Assembly (NCBI GenBank): GCA_004431415.1
Contig: QPMI01000457.1
Span: 248,001 to 312,000 of the forward strand
Source of the DNA: Cyanophora paradoxa CCMP329
Lineage: Eukaryota > Plantae > Glaucophyta
Length of the DNA: 64,000 bases
Direction: 5' to 3'
Numbering within the stretch: the first letter of the stretch is position 1; each line of letters opens with the position of its first letter. Below the pieces are notes generated by a model. That model worked only from the letters and a program-made list of their open reading frames with translations, ran no database searches and was not told where the DNA came from. The translations under genes were made by a program, and so were the position numbers. Shown one piece after another: positions 40,007-50,804 of this stretch.

Positions 40007-40324
40007 ATGGACAGTGCTGAATTCACGACTGCTTCCCGTCCACGAGGCAGGCCTCGCAAGAATATTGAGAAGCCCGTGCACATACGTACTGAGGTTACGC
40101 CAGAGATACTTGCAGAGAGACGCAAAAGACGTGCAGAGCTGCAGCGAAAGCGATACCATGAAAATCCAGAATACCGGCAGCGCCAGATTGCTGTCTCCCG
40201 TCAATATAACCTTGCACACCCTGAACGAAAACTGGACAACGACCGAAAATACCGAGAGCGAAGGCGCACTGAAATTAGGTCGCTAATTGCGGCGGGCATA
40301 GTTTCCAGCGACCTTACTGCCTAA
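40007..40324 (+). CDS. Small basic AT-hook protein
   Basis: RPRGRPRK and RYHENPEYRQRQ; likely start MDSAE at 40007. Confidence 0.7.
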   Translation: MDSAEFTTASRPRGRPRKNIEKPVHIRTEVTPEILAERRKRRAELQRKRYHENPEYRQRQIAVSRQYNLAHPERKLDNDRKYRERRRTEIRSLIAAGIVSSDLTA

Positions 40325-41212
40325 TCGCAGTGAAGGCTCCCCTGCAACCTCTAGTTTCTTGAGCTCACGAGCTTGCCGACTCTGTCCGCTATACTTTTTC
40401 GTTTCAATGAGACCCTCGCGCCGTAGCTGTTGCTCTTGCTTTGCTTTGGCCGCAGCTCGTTCTATTTTTGACTGATTCGGAAGCTGTCTCGGGGCTCGAA
40501 TTTCTGAAGGCTTGATTCTACGGCTTAATATCTGTCCCTCTTTGGTTGCGACCCTTATTCGGTTCCTGTCCTGCCCCACGACTGTGTACGTCTCCTTGCT
40601 CGGTTTCGTAGCTCCCTTTGCAAAGATGCTGCTCTTAGGCTCCAGTATCTGCACCTCAGTCCCTGGCTTTGGTAGATTCAACGCGTCTCTCTCAATGTCG
40701 TTCTGTCGTTGACGCACCTGGTGCAGCTGGGCAGCGATCTGCGGGTGATCTCGCATCCAGGCTGGTGAATACTCTCTGCCAAAAGAGCTGTGTTTTGTTT
40801 GATTGTATGCCTTGATCAAAGCAGGCAGCCGGGAGAGAAAATTCGGCGACCCTCGTTCCTCTGTGTCTGCCTGAATCAGGGCTCGCAATGTCCGTGCGAA
40901 TCGATCGATGATTGCTAGCTTGTCGCCTTTCGATATGTGATCATCCTTAGCGACGTCAGTGTGCATCGAAAATGAATTCTCTTCGGCCATTGCCCGCACA
41001 GCAGCCGTATTAAAGCCATTGTCGCCCGAAAAACCCCAGATCCCCGGCAGCTGAGCGATGAATTTCGGAATCTGTTTAGCATCTTCAAGCTTTCTGACAA
41101 CGGCGAATCGAGTTGCAATCTCAATCGCTGCAAATAGTCGAAAACGTCCTATGAAAAGTATATCAACCTGCCAAGCGCCTGGCGGTGCAGTGATTTTGAA
41201 TGAGGGTGCCAT
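40283..41212 (-). CDS. rve-type integrase (element C); Asp at the third catalytic position
   Basis: WQVDILF, SGDNGF, IIDRFARTLR and YNQTKHSS; C-terminal LRREG...RELKKL is shared with the A and B integrases. Confidence 0.85.
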   Translation of the reverse strand: MAPSFKITAPPGAWQVDILFIGRFRLFAAIEIATRFAVVRKLEDAKQIPKFIAQLPGIWGFSGDNGFNTAAVRAMAEENSFSMHTDVAKDDHISKGDKLAIIDRFARTLRALIQADTEERGSPNFLSRLPALIKAYNQTKHSSFGREYSPAWMRDHPQIAAQLHQVRQRQNDIERDALNLPKPGTEVQILEPKSSIFAKGATKPSKETYTVVGQDRNRIRVATKEGQILSRRIKPSEIRAPRQLPNQSKIERAAAKAKQEQQLRREGLIETKKYSGQSRQARELKKLEVAGEPSLRLGSKVAGNYARRN

Positions 41213-44200
41213 TAGTTATTCGAAAGATTTTTATAGTGACCTATCGCCCTGGTGTTCACACCATCCTCGCACAGGAATCGCTTGGTATCAAGCGGGTGTA
41301 GGGCTTGCTTTGATGTCCGCTGTAGCCAGATCCGGTGCTGTTTCGATCTGAAGCCGAGAATTCCATCTACGTTGCATGATATGCCCCCAAAGATGCAGTC
41401 GTAGTATCGCTCTCGTGTCAGCGAGCTGCTGAACGTCTTGTTAACGCCCTTGCACTTGTGCACTTCTGATTCCTCTGTGCTCATGAAGTAAGATTTAGGC
41501 CGGTTCGCGATCCACTCAAGCATTTGTCTGCCGCCACACTCATCCTTGAACAGCCCGGGAACCTTGCCCATCGATCGTAGTCGCTGCACTTCGTCTTCTG
41601 ACATCCCTTCAAAGAACGGGTGACTCATAGGGTATTCACTAACATCTAGCTCGTTTTTGATTTTGCGAAGGTCTTCGTATAAATTTTCGGTCTCAATCTG
41701 AATGATAAGACTGTCTGTATCTGTACCAAGTAGCTTGAGTCGATCACCCCAAAGCGCTTTCAGCACCTTGTAGTAAAACCGATACATATGTAGCTTTGAT
41801 AGATCAAGGATTGCGAACCCACAGTAGATCGGTTTGTTGAGTTTGTATTCGCTCTTTCGCTTATTTACATACACCAAGTTTTCGTCATAGATAGCGACCT
41901 GTCTCAAGCGGTTCGGCTCTGTGTTGATTTTCGCTAGTCGTTCTCCTGTTGTCACAAGCTCTGAATTGCAGTGATTGCGTACGTTTTCCATCGTTTTCCC
42001 AAACACCGCATTATTTAGCAGCTTATAAAGATCTTTTTCATACGGGAATTCTGCCTGTTTTCGCTTCAGAGTGTTCAAATCGATATAGCTCTCTAGCCAT
42101 GCACTTTGCGCGAACGAAAGCACTCTGTGTATTTTAGAAACAACCATCCCCATCGACACATAAAACTGCAGCACTCGTGCATCTACTACGTAATTCTTCT
42201 TCGGCAGCAAGTTTGGGACTAGCTTTGGCGTTCTCTCGATCCCGCTTAGTTTTTCACGCTCAATAGTTTCTCGCTGCGCCTCTGATAGGTGCTCTTTTGA
42301 TACGCACATACGCTCAGGAGCTAGTGGATAATCGCTAAAATAATCATGCAGCTCTTCTGGACAATACATGTCAACCTCCAGAGAAAAACCCCTTGAACCA
42401 TTAACATCTAGGTCTGTGATATACAGTTTAGGATTAGTAATACCACTGACGTTCTCCCATTTGAAGTCCCCTGTCGGTAATTTTTGTTTCATAGAAAGTC
42501 CATAAAGATTGTTCGCATCCAGATACAGTAGCCAGCCCTGCTTTTTCCTGTGACCCACGATGTACTTATCAATCCAGGCATTATTGGCTCTAGCATAGCG
42601 TGTTGATATCATAGAGATTCCTCCCCGAATCCCTTTCTCAATAAAGCGGTGCATATCCTCTTGTCCTTCGTAAAATAGCTCCAGTTGCTGACCAGTGTGC
42701 TTCAAAGCCGCCTGCCACGAGAAACCTGGAATGCTCATAAAATAGCTTGGGTCCAGCTTATACGTCTCCATACACGTGTCACGGTAGTTTTCAAATATGT
42801 CTCCTAGTAAAGCTATGTCTGTCTTCATATACTCCATTGTATAATCAGCCATTGTCCTGCAACCAAGCTCACGCCAGACCGACTGAGCGTGGGCATAATC
42901 ATCCCGAGAGCACTTCGACTGTTTTAGCTCATTGTAAAATTGGCGGCGTCCTGGTAGTGATGTCTCTGCAAGACGATCCCAGCCCGTAATGTACTTGTAT
43001 GGATAGACACCCTTGCGCGTCATTAGTTTGAACCGTGTCTCGCTCTCATGTAATGCACGCGTGATATTCTTTTTCTCATCAGGTACTGCAGCCGCAAGGC
43101 TATCGAGAGTGCCCTGTAGGTGCTGAGCAGAATCACGGAAAACGTAAATGCCGTACGTGAACTGTGACATGCGCTCGCTGTTCTGAAACACCTGGTCAAA
43201 CTTCGTTGACAATAACTCACGAGGACGTAGTTCACGCTCAAGCCGCTTCTTTGCATTTATTGCATGATCTGTACTCAGCTCACGCCCTGCGTATTTTGCT
43301 TGAAACTTGCGCTCGACCTCGGCTCGGAATGCATTTTCTGCGACTTTCCGCCGGTTATAGCCTGCAGCCAAAGCCCTAACTAATAGGTGAAAGTCAAATC
43401 CTCGTCCATTGTGAAAGAATATTGGCACGGCGGCAGCTTTTGCTCGTCGCCTGTTGCAGGCATTGCAGGCCGCTCCAAGATACTGCCCGGAGTCGTGGCA
43501 GTGATCTCGATTTTTATCTTTGACTTCTTTGAACTCGCTTCCACACATATAGCACGTTTCTGCTGCTTGAAAGGAGCGCTCTTGTTCCTGTGTAATCTGC
43601 ATCGTCGCTTTCTCCTCCAAGATTCCCTTAAACTGCGGCTCTTTTTCATCTAGCCAAGTAACAAATGCCTCTGCAGACTCCTCAGTTTGCGAGCCCATAT
43701 GCGAGAACCAAAACTGCTCCTGTTGCCTCGTCTCTGAATTTTCAACGCTTTCTACAGTTTCATTCGTTCCTTGATTTTGTCCCTTGTTTAGGATAACTAA
43801 GCACCCGATCGAAGATATCGCGTGAACACCTAGCTGCTTCGTCTTTGATACACTCTCGGTCTGCAAAACAGGTACAGTCATAGTTTCCGAGTCAGCATAT
43901 CCAACGAGTCTTTGCCGAATCGTCTTTTCGAAACTGTTGAATTTTATAATGTGCTCGCCCTTTTTTGGAAGCACATCCCTTGCGTGCTCATCTCGATCAA
44001 GACACCGGTCGTATTTAAGATGATTCTTAAAAGCCTCGTCTGAGCTAAAGCCACACTGGCAGGCCAAGCAATAATGCTTCGCATTCGACCCATGCTTTCC
44101 AAACAGGCGCGATATGTTCTTTATCCACAAATAATGCCCCACATCATTCCCGTCACCTGCCGGCACGTACAGTATGGGTATAGCATCCGTTGCTGCGCTT

Positions 44201-45258
44201 ATGTGGATTGGAATGATGTCTTGTTTGTCTAGCGCAGTCGTGTAGACGCAGAGCTTAACATTATTCGCACACTCAAATTTGCTGAACATTTTCGAATCGA
44301 GTGGTGTCGGATACGTAAGCATTGTACAATCTAGCGATGCCTCGTGCTGCCTATAGCTTCCTGCATGCCTCGAATCCACCCCTGGCGCCAGCGGATTGCG
44401 CGCTGCGAGGACAGCATATTTAAAGCACTCGTTGTTTGGTGCATTGATATTGATCAAGGCCTGCTTGAGTGCAAGCCAGCTCGGAAGTACAAACCCACGT
44501 CCACGGCCGCCCATACGTCTGAAATATCTAATCACTGTAAAGCGTAGCTTAATCCATGTCTCGAAAGCGGAAGAATCACGGCTCTTTTCCTGCGCAATAG
44601 TATCTAGCTCCTCCAGCTGTGAGCGGATCGCCTCAACAACGTCTGACCCTGGGAGTATGCGGTAAAATTTCCTGTGCTCAATCACTACTGCAAGCGCTGA
44701 GTCCTCGTTAGGCTTGCGAAAGAGTCCGACTCCTGAGACCTGCAAAGCTATGCCCATTCGATCCTGACTGGCTAATTCTTGCTGCACGCTCGCAAATGCC
44801 ACTGCGCCTGCTCTGAACCTCGCATTATTTTCTAACTGCGCCTGCATCGATGTGACTCGGCCTGTTCCACGTGAGGGCCGGTACTCCCAGTCAGCGTATG
44901 TCCCGTTCAGCGCTGTCGTCACTGTGCCATCCTCCTCTGCAATTTGAGTTTCGCTGAATTCGTTTGCGCTCGGATCCGGCAGCTCTGAGAACCCGGCCAC
45001 GATTTCAGCCTGACCCTCGGCAATAGCAAGCTCTAGCCGGGCAGCTGCCACTGGTCTCGACGGCCTCGGTACCGCTGATAGCTCATTCAAAAGTGATGCG
45101 TATTTTTGTAGTGTCGGCAGTCGCGTGCGTGAGCCACTCGCACTGATGCGCTGCAGTTTGTTTCTAAATTGCCCATGAATAAACCTGCGATTGTACAAAA
45201 CCTCGGCCTGGCCTGCTATCTGCTCTTTGAGCCGCGCGATCTCAAACCGGCGCTCCAT
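41212..45258 (-). CDS. polB: Protein-primed family B DNA polymerase with intact exonuclease motifs
   Basis: ExoI YADSE, ExoII HNGRGFD, ExoIII YMKTD; polymerase DANNLYG, KLLNNAVFGK and TDTDS. Confidence 0.94.
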   Translation of the reverse strand: MERRFEIARLKEQIAGQAEVLYNRRFIHGQFRNKLQRISASGSRTRLPTLQKYASLLNELSAVPRPSRPVAAARLELAIAEGQAEIVAGFSELPDPSANEFSETQIAEEDGTVTTALNGTYADWEYRPSRGTGRVTSMQAQLENNARFRAGAVAFASVQQELASQDRMGIALQVSGVGLFRKPNEDSALAVVIEHRKFYRILPGSDVVEAIRSQLEELDTIAQEKSRDSSAFETWIKLRFTVIRYFRRMGGRGRGFVLPSWLALKQALININAPNNECFKYAVLAARNPLAPGVDSRHAGSYRQHEASLDCTMLTYPTPLDSKMFSKFECANNVKLCVYTTALDKQDIIPIHISAATDAIPILYVPAGDGNDVGHYLWIKNISRLFGKHGSNAKHYCLACQCGFSSDEAFKNHLKYDRCLDRDEHARDVLPKKGEHIIKFNSFEKTIRQRLVGYADSETMTVPVLQTESVSKTKQLGVHAISSIGCLVILNKGQNQGTNETVESVENSETRQQEQFWFSHMGSQTEESAEAFVTWLDEKEPQFKGILEEKATMQITQEQERSFQAAETCYMCGSEFKEVKDKNRDHCHDSGQYLGAACNACNRRRAKAAAVPIFFHNGRGFDFHLLVRALAAGYNRRKVAENAFRAEVERKFQAKYAGRELSTDHAINAKKRLERELRPRELLSTKFDQVFQNSERMSQFTYGIYVFRDSAQHLQGTLDSLAAAVPDEKKNITRALHESETRFKLMTRKGVYPYKYITGWDRLAETSLPGRRQFYNELKQSKCSRDDYAHAQSVWRELGCRTMADYTMEYMKTDIALLGDIFENYRDTCMETYKLDPSYFMSIPGFSWQAALKHTGQQLELFYEGQEDMHRFIEKGIRGGISMISTRYARANNAWIDKYIVGHRKKQGWLLYLDANNLYGLSMKQKLPTGDFKWENVSGITNPKLYITDLDVNGSRGFSLEVDMYCPEELHDYFSDYPLAPERMCVSKEHLSEAQRETIEREKLSGIERTPKLVPNLLPKKNYVVDARVLQFYVSMGMVVSKIHRVLSFAQSAWLESYIDLNTLKRKQAEFPYEKDLYKLLNNAVFGKTMENVRNHCNSELVTTGERLAKINTEPNRLRQVAIYDENLVYVNKRKSEYKLNKPIYCGFAILDLSKLHMYRFYYKVLKALWGDRLKLLGTDTDSLIIQIETENLYEDLRKIKNELDVSEYPMSHPFFEGMSEDEVQRLRSMGKVPGLFKDECGGRQMLEWIANRPKSYFMSTEESEVHKCKGVNKTFSSSLTRERYYDCIFGGISCNVDGILGFRSKQHRIWLQRTSKQALHPLDTKRFLCEDGVNTRAIGHYKNLSNN

Positions 45259-45516
45259 TTAACAATAGCGCTCCAAAAGATTTTCAGAGAAAGCGCGCAA
45301 CCAACCGCTCGTCCCTATAGGGCGGTGCGATTCCTTTATAACATGTCACTGAGGCACATTGTGTGGTAGATCGCGATCGCAGCTGGTGCTGCTTGGAAAA
45401 CTGATAGCTGAGTTGGCGCTCTTGCGGCGGCGATGTAAAAGCATACGCAAATGCATTTAAATTCGAATTCTAGTAGCGCTTATAACACTACAGTAAGCAG
45501 TCTTAGAAGGCATGAC

Positions 45517-45925
45517 GTTCGTGACTTTGGACAAAAGTTCACGTCCAAAATCCTCAAGCATGCAGGCGCACCACCACGCATGTCTCGCTCAATCTAGCCG
45601 CTAATATAGCCTCAATTACACTATAAGAGACGACTAGGCTAGTTGCTAGCCAATTCGGGCGGCGTTCTGAAGTTCGTGACTTTGGACAAAAGTTCACGTC
45701 CAAAATCCCCAAGCATGCAGGCGCATCCCCACGCATGCGTGTCATGATCAAAGCGCTAGTATAGCCTCAATTACACCACAGGAGACTACTAGACTACTTG
45801 CTAGCCGATTCGGGCGCCGTTCTGAAGTTCGTGACTTTGGACAAAAGTTCATGTCCAAGGTCGCCTAGTGACTTTGGACACAAATTCACGTCCAAGTTCG
45901 CATAGTGACTTTGGACAAAAGTTCA
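45517..45925 (+). repeat. Subterminal repeats of C: 155-bp period then 37-bp period, core GTGACTTTGGACAAAAGTTCA(CGTCCAA)
   Basis: Core at 45521, 45676, 45831, 45868 and 45905; contains the TTGGAC-N10-GTCCAA dyad. Confidence 0.85.
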
Positions 45926-46076
45926 AGAGCAATCTCTAGGCCTTATTGATCTGGCTATCCTTATCACTGTCAGGCACGTCATCATTAGTAATCAATTGAG
46001 AAATCTTTAAGTGCTTTTAAATGCTGAGCCATTTTCGGAACCAGCCATGTCCAGAAGTATCAATATATATTAATTA

Positions 46077-46223
46077 ACTTCTAGGCAATGCCCAAAGGTA
46101 ATATCTATTCTTTTAATACTTCTAGGCAATGCCCATAGGTAATATCTATTCTTTTAATACTTCTAGGCAATGCCCAAAGGTAATATCTATTCTTTTAATA
46201 CTTCTAGGCAATGCTCATAGGTA
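46077..46223 (+). repeat. 41-bp tandem repeat, about 3.5 copies
   Basis: ACTTCTAGGCAATGCCCA(A/T)AGGTAATATCTATTCTTTTAAT at 46077, 46118, 46159 and 46200 (partial). Confidence 0.9.
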
Positions 46224-46700
46224 TCTTTATCTTTACAGCACCCAATTCAGTCCAGCAAGCTAGGGATTACAGTGAAGGTAAAAAGAATGAAGTTATTCTC
46301 TCCTGAGGCCGCAGCAGACCGCGCGCAAGGGGGGGCCGCGCTCCTCTACGTCTCTTCTAGTTGTCAGCTCTGTCTTGAATAGTCGCAAGCTATTGCTAGG
46401 CTTTGACCTAGGGAAAAGGCCGGCAGACGTAGCTGGATCGGCGGGGTAGACGTAACGACAGAGCGTGGTCGGAGGGAGAATGGGGTGGACGCTAGGGCTG
46501 GTGCAGCGAGGGAGGTGGTGAGGAGATGGGGTGGCGGAGAGGGGTGGGCCATCTGGGTGGGCTCTCTCTCATTTTTTTTATAAAGCTGCGCGGGGGTCGA
46601 TTCGGCCTCGAACAGCTCGGGGCTGATGGTAACGGAAAACGCATTATTTCGGGACCGCATTATTTCGGGACCGCATTACTTAAGTGTCTTTAGGCCCCCT

Positions 46701-47879
46701 GGGCAGCCCCCGCAGTGCTGGTGTCTAGAGACTGTGGCCGGTAATTCACCAAAAAAAAATACTTAAGTGCCCGCATTACTTAAGTGTTTTACGGTACTCG
46801 TAAGAGTCTGCTAGACCCCTAAAAAAACGATTAGGACCCCCGGTACAGTATTTCCCGGACCGGGTCCGATTTAGGAGCTCGGTCGGCGTGCGTGCCGGGG
46901 GGCGCCCTGCAAGCGCGACCAACGCTCTCAGCTAGTTCGATAATGCCCGGATCGCAACTCGCCGCGTCCCCGGGCGAGCGGTGTGAGCTTCAGGCGGTCG
47001 GCAAGCGACTGGCACCTTCGGAGAGCCTCCGGAGCGGCGTGCCGGTCAGCAGGCGGCAGCAACGCCTTCAGAAGTGATAGTATAGCATACAAGATCGTTC
47101 TGGAATGCCGCGTACGTGGCTCTGATGCATACTGAGATGGTTGAGATGCTTCTGGAGCGGCTGGGGCGCCCGCCGGCCCCGCTCCCTCGACATCTGCTTT
47201 TTTTTTTTTTTGAGTTTTCCGTAGTTGCGAATCGTGTCACAACCACACGGCGGCCCGTCGGCTTGTCTATGAGGAATCGTGTATTCGTAGTACGAACCAA
47301 CTGTTATGCTTGTCGTGGGGCCGGGCCCCTGTGTCAATCTCTCCGCCAAGTGTGGATACCGACGCGCGACCAAGGCCAAGCCGCGCGCGCTGGCCTCGGG
47401 CTTCACCAGCTTCTCCTTGCGCTTCCCGGTCGCCTTGCCCATCGTGGCAGGCCTAGCTGCACGGTAGCTACGTGCTCGGCGGTGCGCGTCCGGCTTCCCT
47501 GTACCCGGGTTTTGGACTTGGCTAATCGTTTTTTTAGGGGTCTAGCAGACTCTTACGACTAGTAATGGCGGGGAGTCGACGTCGGGCCTCATGATCAGCT
47601 GGCCCGGCGGGGACTCACCGGGGAGTCGGCGGGGACTCGCCGAGTCGGCTCCGACCCTCCGATTCGGCCCAGGCTCTGAGACTCTCCACTGAGTCCCCAG
47701 TGTCCCCACGGCCAGAGTCGGCGGGGACTCGAGTGCGAGGCACAGCGAGCTCGCAAATTCGAGTCGCAAATTACTCGCAATCACCCCCTAGAGACTCCTT
47801 TTGTCCCTGAGCCAGGCCCCCTGGGAGGCTGGGCAGCCCCTGCAGTGCTGGTGTCTAGAGACTGTGGCCGGTAATTCAC
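46701..47879 (+). repeat. 49-bp dispersed direct repeat (46701..46749 and 47831..47879)
   Basis: GGGCAGCCCCYGCAGTGCTGGTGTCTAGAGACTGTGGCCGGTAATTCAC; the first copy is followed by an A-run. Confidence 0.75.
46797..47559. mobile_element. MITE-like element with 37-bp perfect TIRs and possible TA target duplication
   Basis: TCGTAAGAGTCTGCTAGACCCCTAAAAAAACGATTAG (46798..46834) is inverted at 47522..47558; TA lies one base outside each arm; no transposase inside. Confidence 0.7.
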
Positions 47880-48194
47880 AAACAAATGGCTGAGGTCGAA
47901 CTTGACGAATTAATATTCGAATCCTCGACGCGCGCACGCGCTTCTCCGCTCGAGCTCGCTGATCCGTCGATTGCTGTTTTTCGAAGTCGGTGTTTCCTGT
48001 CACCCTCGACCTGGTCCCGTGCACGTGTACCCCCCGGGACCTGCCATGCCCCTGCACCCCGCCTTCTGGGAAAGCGCCGTAGGGGGGAAGGTCTATGAGG
48101 CCGGGAAGGATAGAGCTCGTGGAGAGTCACAGAGGGGGGCGGGGACGGGCGGGCGGCGGGGCTCTCCTAGCAGGCTGCAGCTGCCAGACTGGAG

Positions 48195-50725
48195 CTATGT
48201 CGCGGCGAACTTGTAGCGGAGGAACTCCGTGGCGATCGTGATGAAGACCTCGACCTGCGGGGCGCGGGGCGCGGGGCGCGCCGGCGTTGAGGCCGGAAGG
48301 AAGAAGGGGCCCGAGCGCGGGGCGGGCGGGGCCGTGGGGCGGGGGGCACCAGGATGAGGCCGATGACGATCCACTCAAGGGAGGAGCTGTGCCGCTGGTT
48401 CAGCTGCGCGCCGCGCCCCGTCAGCCCGCGGCGGTGCCGGAGAGGAGAGGAGAGGGGCGCCAGGACGCGCCTCGTTGTTTAGCATCTCGAGCATCTCGCG
48501 GCAGACGTCCAGGCGCTTGTTCAGCACCTGGGGTAGGGGGAGGGGGAGGGGGTACAATGTCAGGGGACGAGGGGGGGAATTCGAAAGGAGAGGGAGCGGG
48601 GCGCCCGCGCGCCTCGACGCGGGTACGGATGTTGAGGTACGTCGCCGTCGTCAGGTAGATCGGCTCCAGCTCCGCGAACCTGCCCGGCGGGGTACCGTCG
48701 CACCGGATCGGGGGGCGAAGAAGACGGGAGGGGGGTAGGGCGCACTCCCAGAAGAACTCCGGGGTGTCGAGGATCTCGGAGTGGAGGTTGACGGAGGAGC
48801 GGTGGAGGAAGAGGCGCCCGATCAGCCGCGACATGTCGAGCTGCGGAGGGGGTACGGCGATGAGTGAGAGGGCGGGTAGGGGTACGCCGACAGATAGGCG
48901 GGTAGGTCGGGGCGGACGCGGGACATGCGGATCTTGCCGTGGCGGGCCATCTCGGCGGGGAGGGGCTTCGTAGCGGCGATCAGCTGCCGCGTCCCCTCCT
49001 CGAAGTGGTCCAGCTTCGCCGAGGCCGCCGCCGCCGGCCGATCAGGGGGGCGGTGTGGAGGGGCGGGCGGGGCCCCTTTTTGACCTTCACGGAGGTGGCG
49101 AGCGCGTACGAGAAGGAGATCTTGTAGAGCAGGTCCTGCGTCCGGTTGCCCCAGCGCCCCGGGCCCATGATGATCCCCGCTGCGCCGCCGGCCTCAGCGG
49201 GGAGGGACAAGGGCGGACAAGGGCGGGCCGGGCACCCTCGTCGGTGCGGCAGTCCGGGAGGATGATCTCGTCGCTCACGATGCGCGCCCACTGCCGCCGG
49301 CGTCAGCCGCCCCCGCGAGGCCGCGCCGAGGCCCGGCCCCGCCCGCACCTCGGTCAGGTGCTCCGTGCTCTTCGAGGGCGCCCGCGACCAGCTGCGGGCG
49401 AGGGCGACCCGAGCTCAGCGCGGGGCGGCCCGGGGCGGCCCGGGCTCGGGCTCGCGCAAGAGGGGCGGCGTACTCCTCCAGAGGCCGCGAGAAATCCTTG
49501 TGGTACGAGTACCGGAAATCGTCGTCCTGGAGGGGAGCAAGCGGGGTCGGCGGGGGTACGCAGTGCTCGAAGGGGAGGGGGTACCGCGATGTCGTCGGGG
49601 CCGAGGGACTCCTCCTCGATCTTGTAGCTCTTCAGCTCCGCCAGGATCCTGCCGGGGGGTACGGGGATCAGCCGGGGGTACGGGGATCGCGGCGGGGGTG
49701 GCGCGCCTCCGCTCCTCGGTGCGGCGCAGGCCCCACATGACGACGACGCCGTACGAGAAGTAGAAGATGTCGCCGCCTGCGGCGCCCGCCGTTGCCGGCG
49801 GGGTACGCGGTCGTTCGGCCGGGAAGGGGGGTACCGTTGTCGTAGAGGGCGACGTGGATGACCTCGCGGATGAACTGGGCCCGCTTCGTCATCATGAGCG
49901 CCTGGAAGAGCTCTGCCGTGGAGGGCGTGAGCGGAGGAGCGGGCGGCGCCGGCGTGGGAGCGGGGAGGCGGAGCGCCGAGCGGGGTCGGGGACGGGGGGC
50001 ACCCTCCATACGGTACGAGGTGGCCGTGCTGTAGCACCCGACGCTGCGCGGGGACGCGGCTCGGGGGCCGCGGACCGCGGGCGGGGCGGGCGCGGCCGCA
50101 CCGCCCCCTCCTCTCCTCCTGCTCGTCGCCCTTCCGCGTCTGCCGGAGGTCGTTCCTTCGTTTGAAGTCGTCCCGCGTGCGCTTCTTCCATTCCGCTCTC
50201 CTGTGGCGAAGTCGAGGGCATGGCATGCTGTGTATGCGTTCGACAAGGGCGTGCGCACGATTGCGCGTAAGCGCGGCTCTTCAAGAAGCGGTCGTCGATG
50301 GTCTCCCCCGGCATCGATCTGCACGTACGTGCATCAGCAGTGCTCCCGCGCGGCGAATGGGCCGGACGCGGCCGGCGGGGGGCACCGTGCTTCGCCGTCA
50401 AAGCGCCGAGACGGGGACCCATCGCGCGTGTTCCGCGGCGGGCTGGGATCGTCACGAAACCTCGCCTTGCTGCCAGACATCACGCTCGCGTCGGATGCGC
50501 GCTGCCGGGGCGGTCTCTGTGGCGAGACAGCGTCGTCTTCCCTGTCTGCACGCTCGCGTCAGGAACGTGACACATATGCAAAGCAGAACCCTCAGATCTC
50601 GCGCAGGCATCTCCCCGACGCGTGCGCCCGCCAGGCGCCGTCACACCTTGCATGAGCGGGCGGTCTTCGTCCTCGTCGTCCAAATCCTGTGGCATCGCCC
50701 TCCTCCCTCCGTGAGAGGAGCTCAT
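48195..50725 (-). CDS. Host RMD1/DUF155-family protein, multi-exon (start approximate)
   Basis: Exon pieces DIFYFSYGVVVMWGL, ISFSYALATSVKL, IGRLFLHRSSVNLHSEILDTPEFFWE, YLNIRTRVEVLNKRLD and LEWIVIGLI. Confidence 0.8.
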
Positions 50726-50804
50726 GGCTCGTGAGGCTGTCTGGAGCTGTCTCGAATTTACGGGTACAGGGCAAATTGCGATCGGTCCGGGTACACGTGC
50801 AACA

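Larger units (their letters stand above)
26977..46301. mobile_element. Polinton-like virus element C (right part, interrupted by B; right boundary approximate)
   Basis: Fibre, patatin, two pentons, MCP, ATPase, HNH-AP2, integrase and pPolB, then about 1 kb of repeats before the shift to GC-rich DNA. Candidate end ...TTATTCTCT at 46301. Confidence 0.85.

Noticed and set aside
45967-45977. A-type iteron CTGTCAGGCAC inside the C terminal region
   Set aside because: It is a single copy without the inverted partner or spacer architecture, and is compatible with chance.
46077-46223. Possible CRISPR array (41-bp repeats; also the 37/155-bp repeats at 45517..45925)
   Set aside because: The units are contiguous or have near-identical intervening sequence, with no unique spacers and no cas genes.
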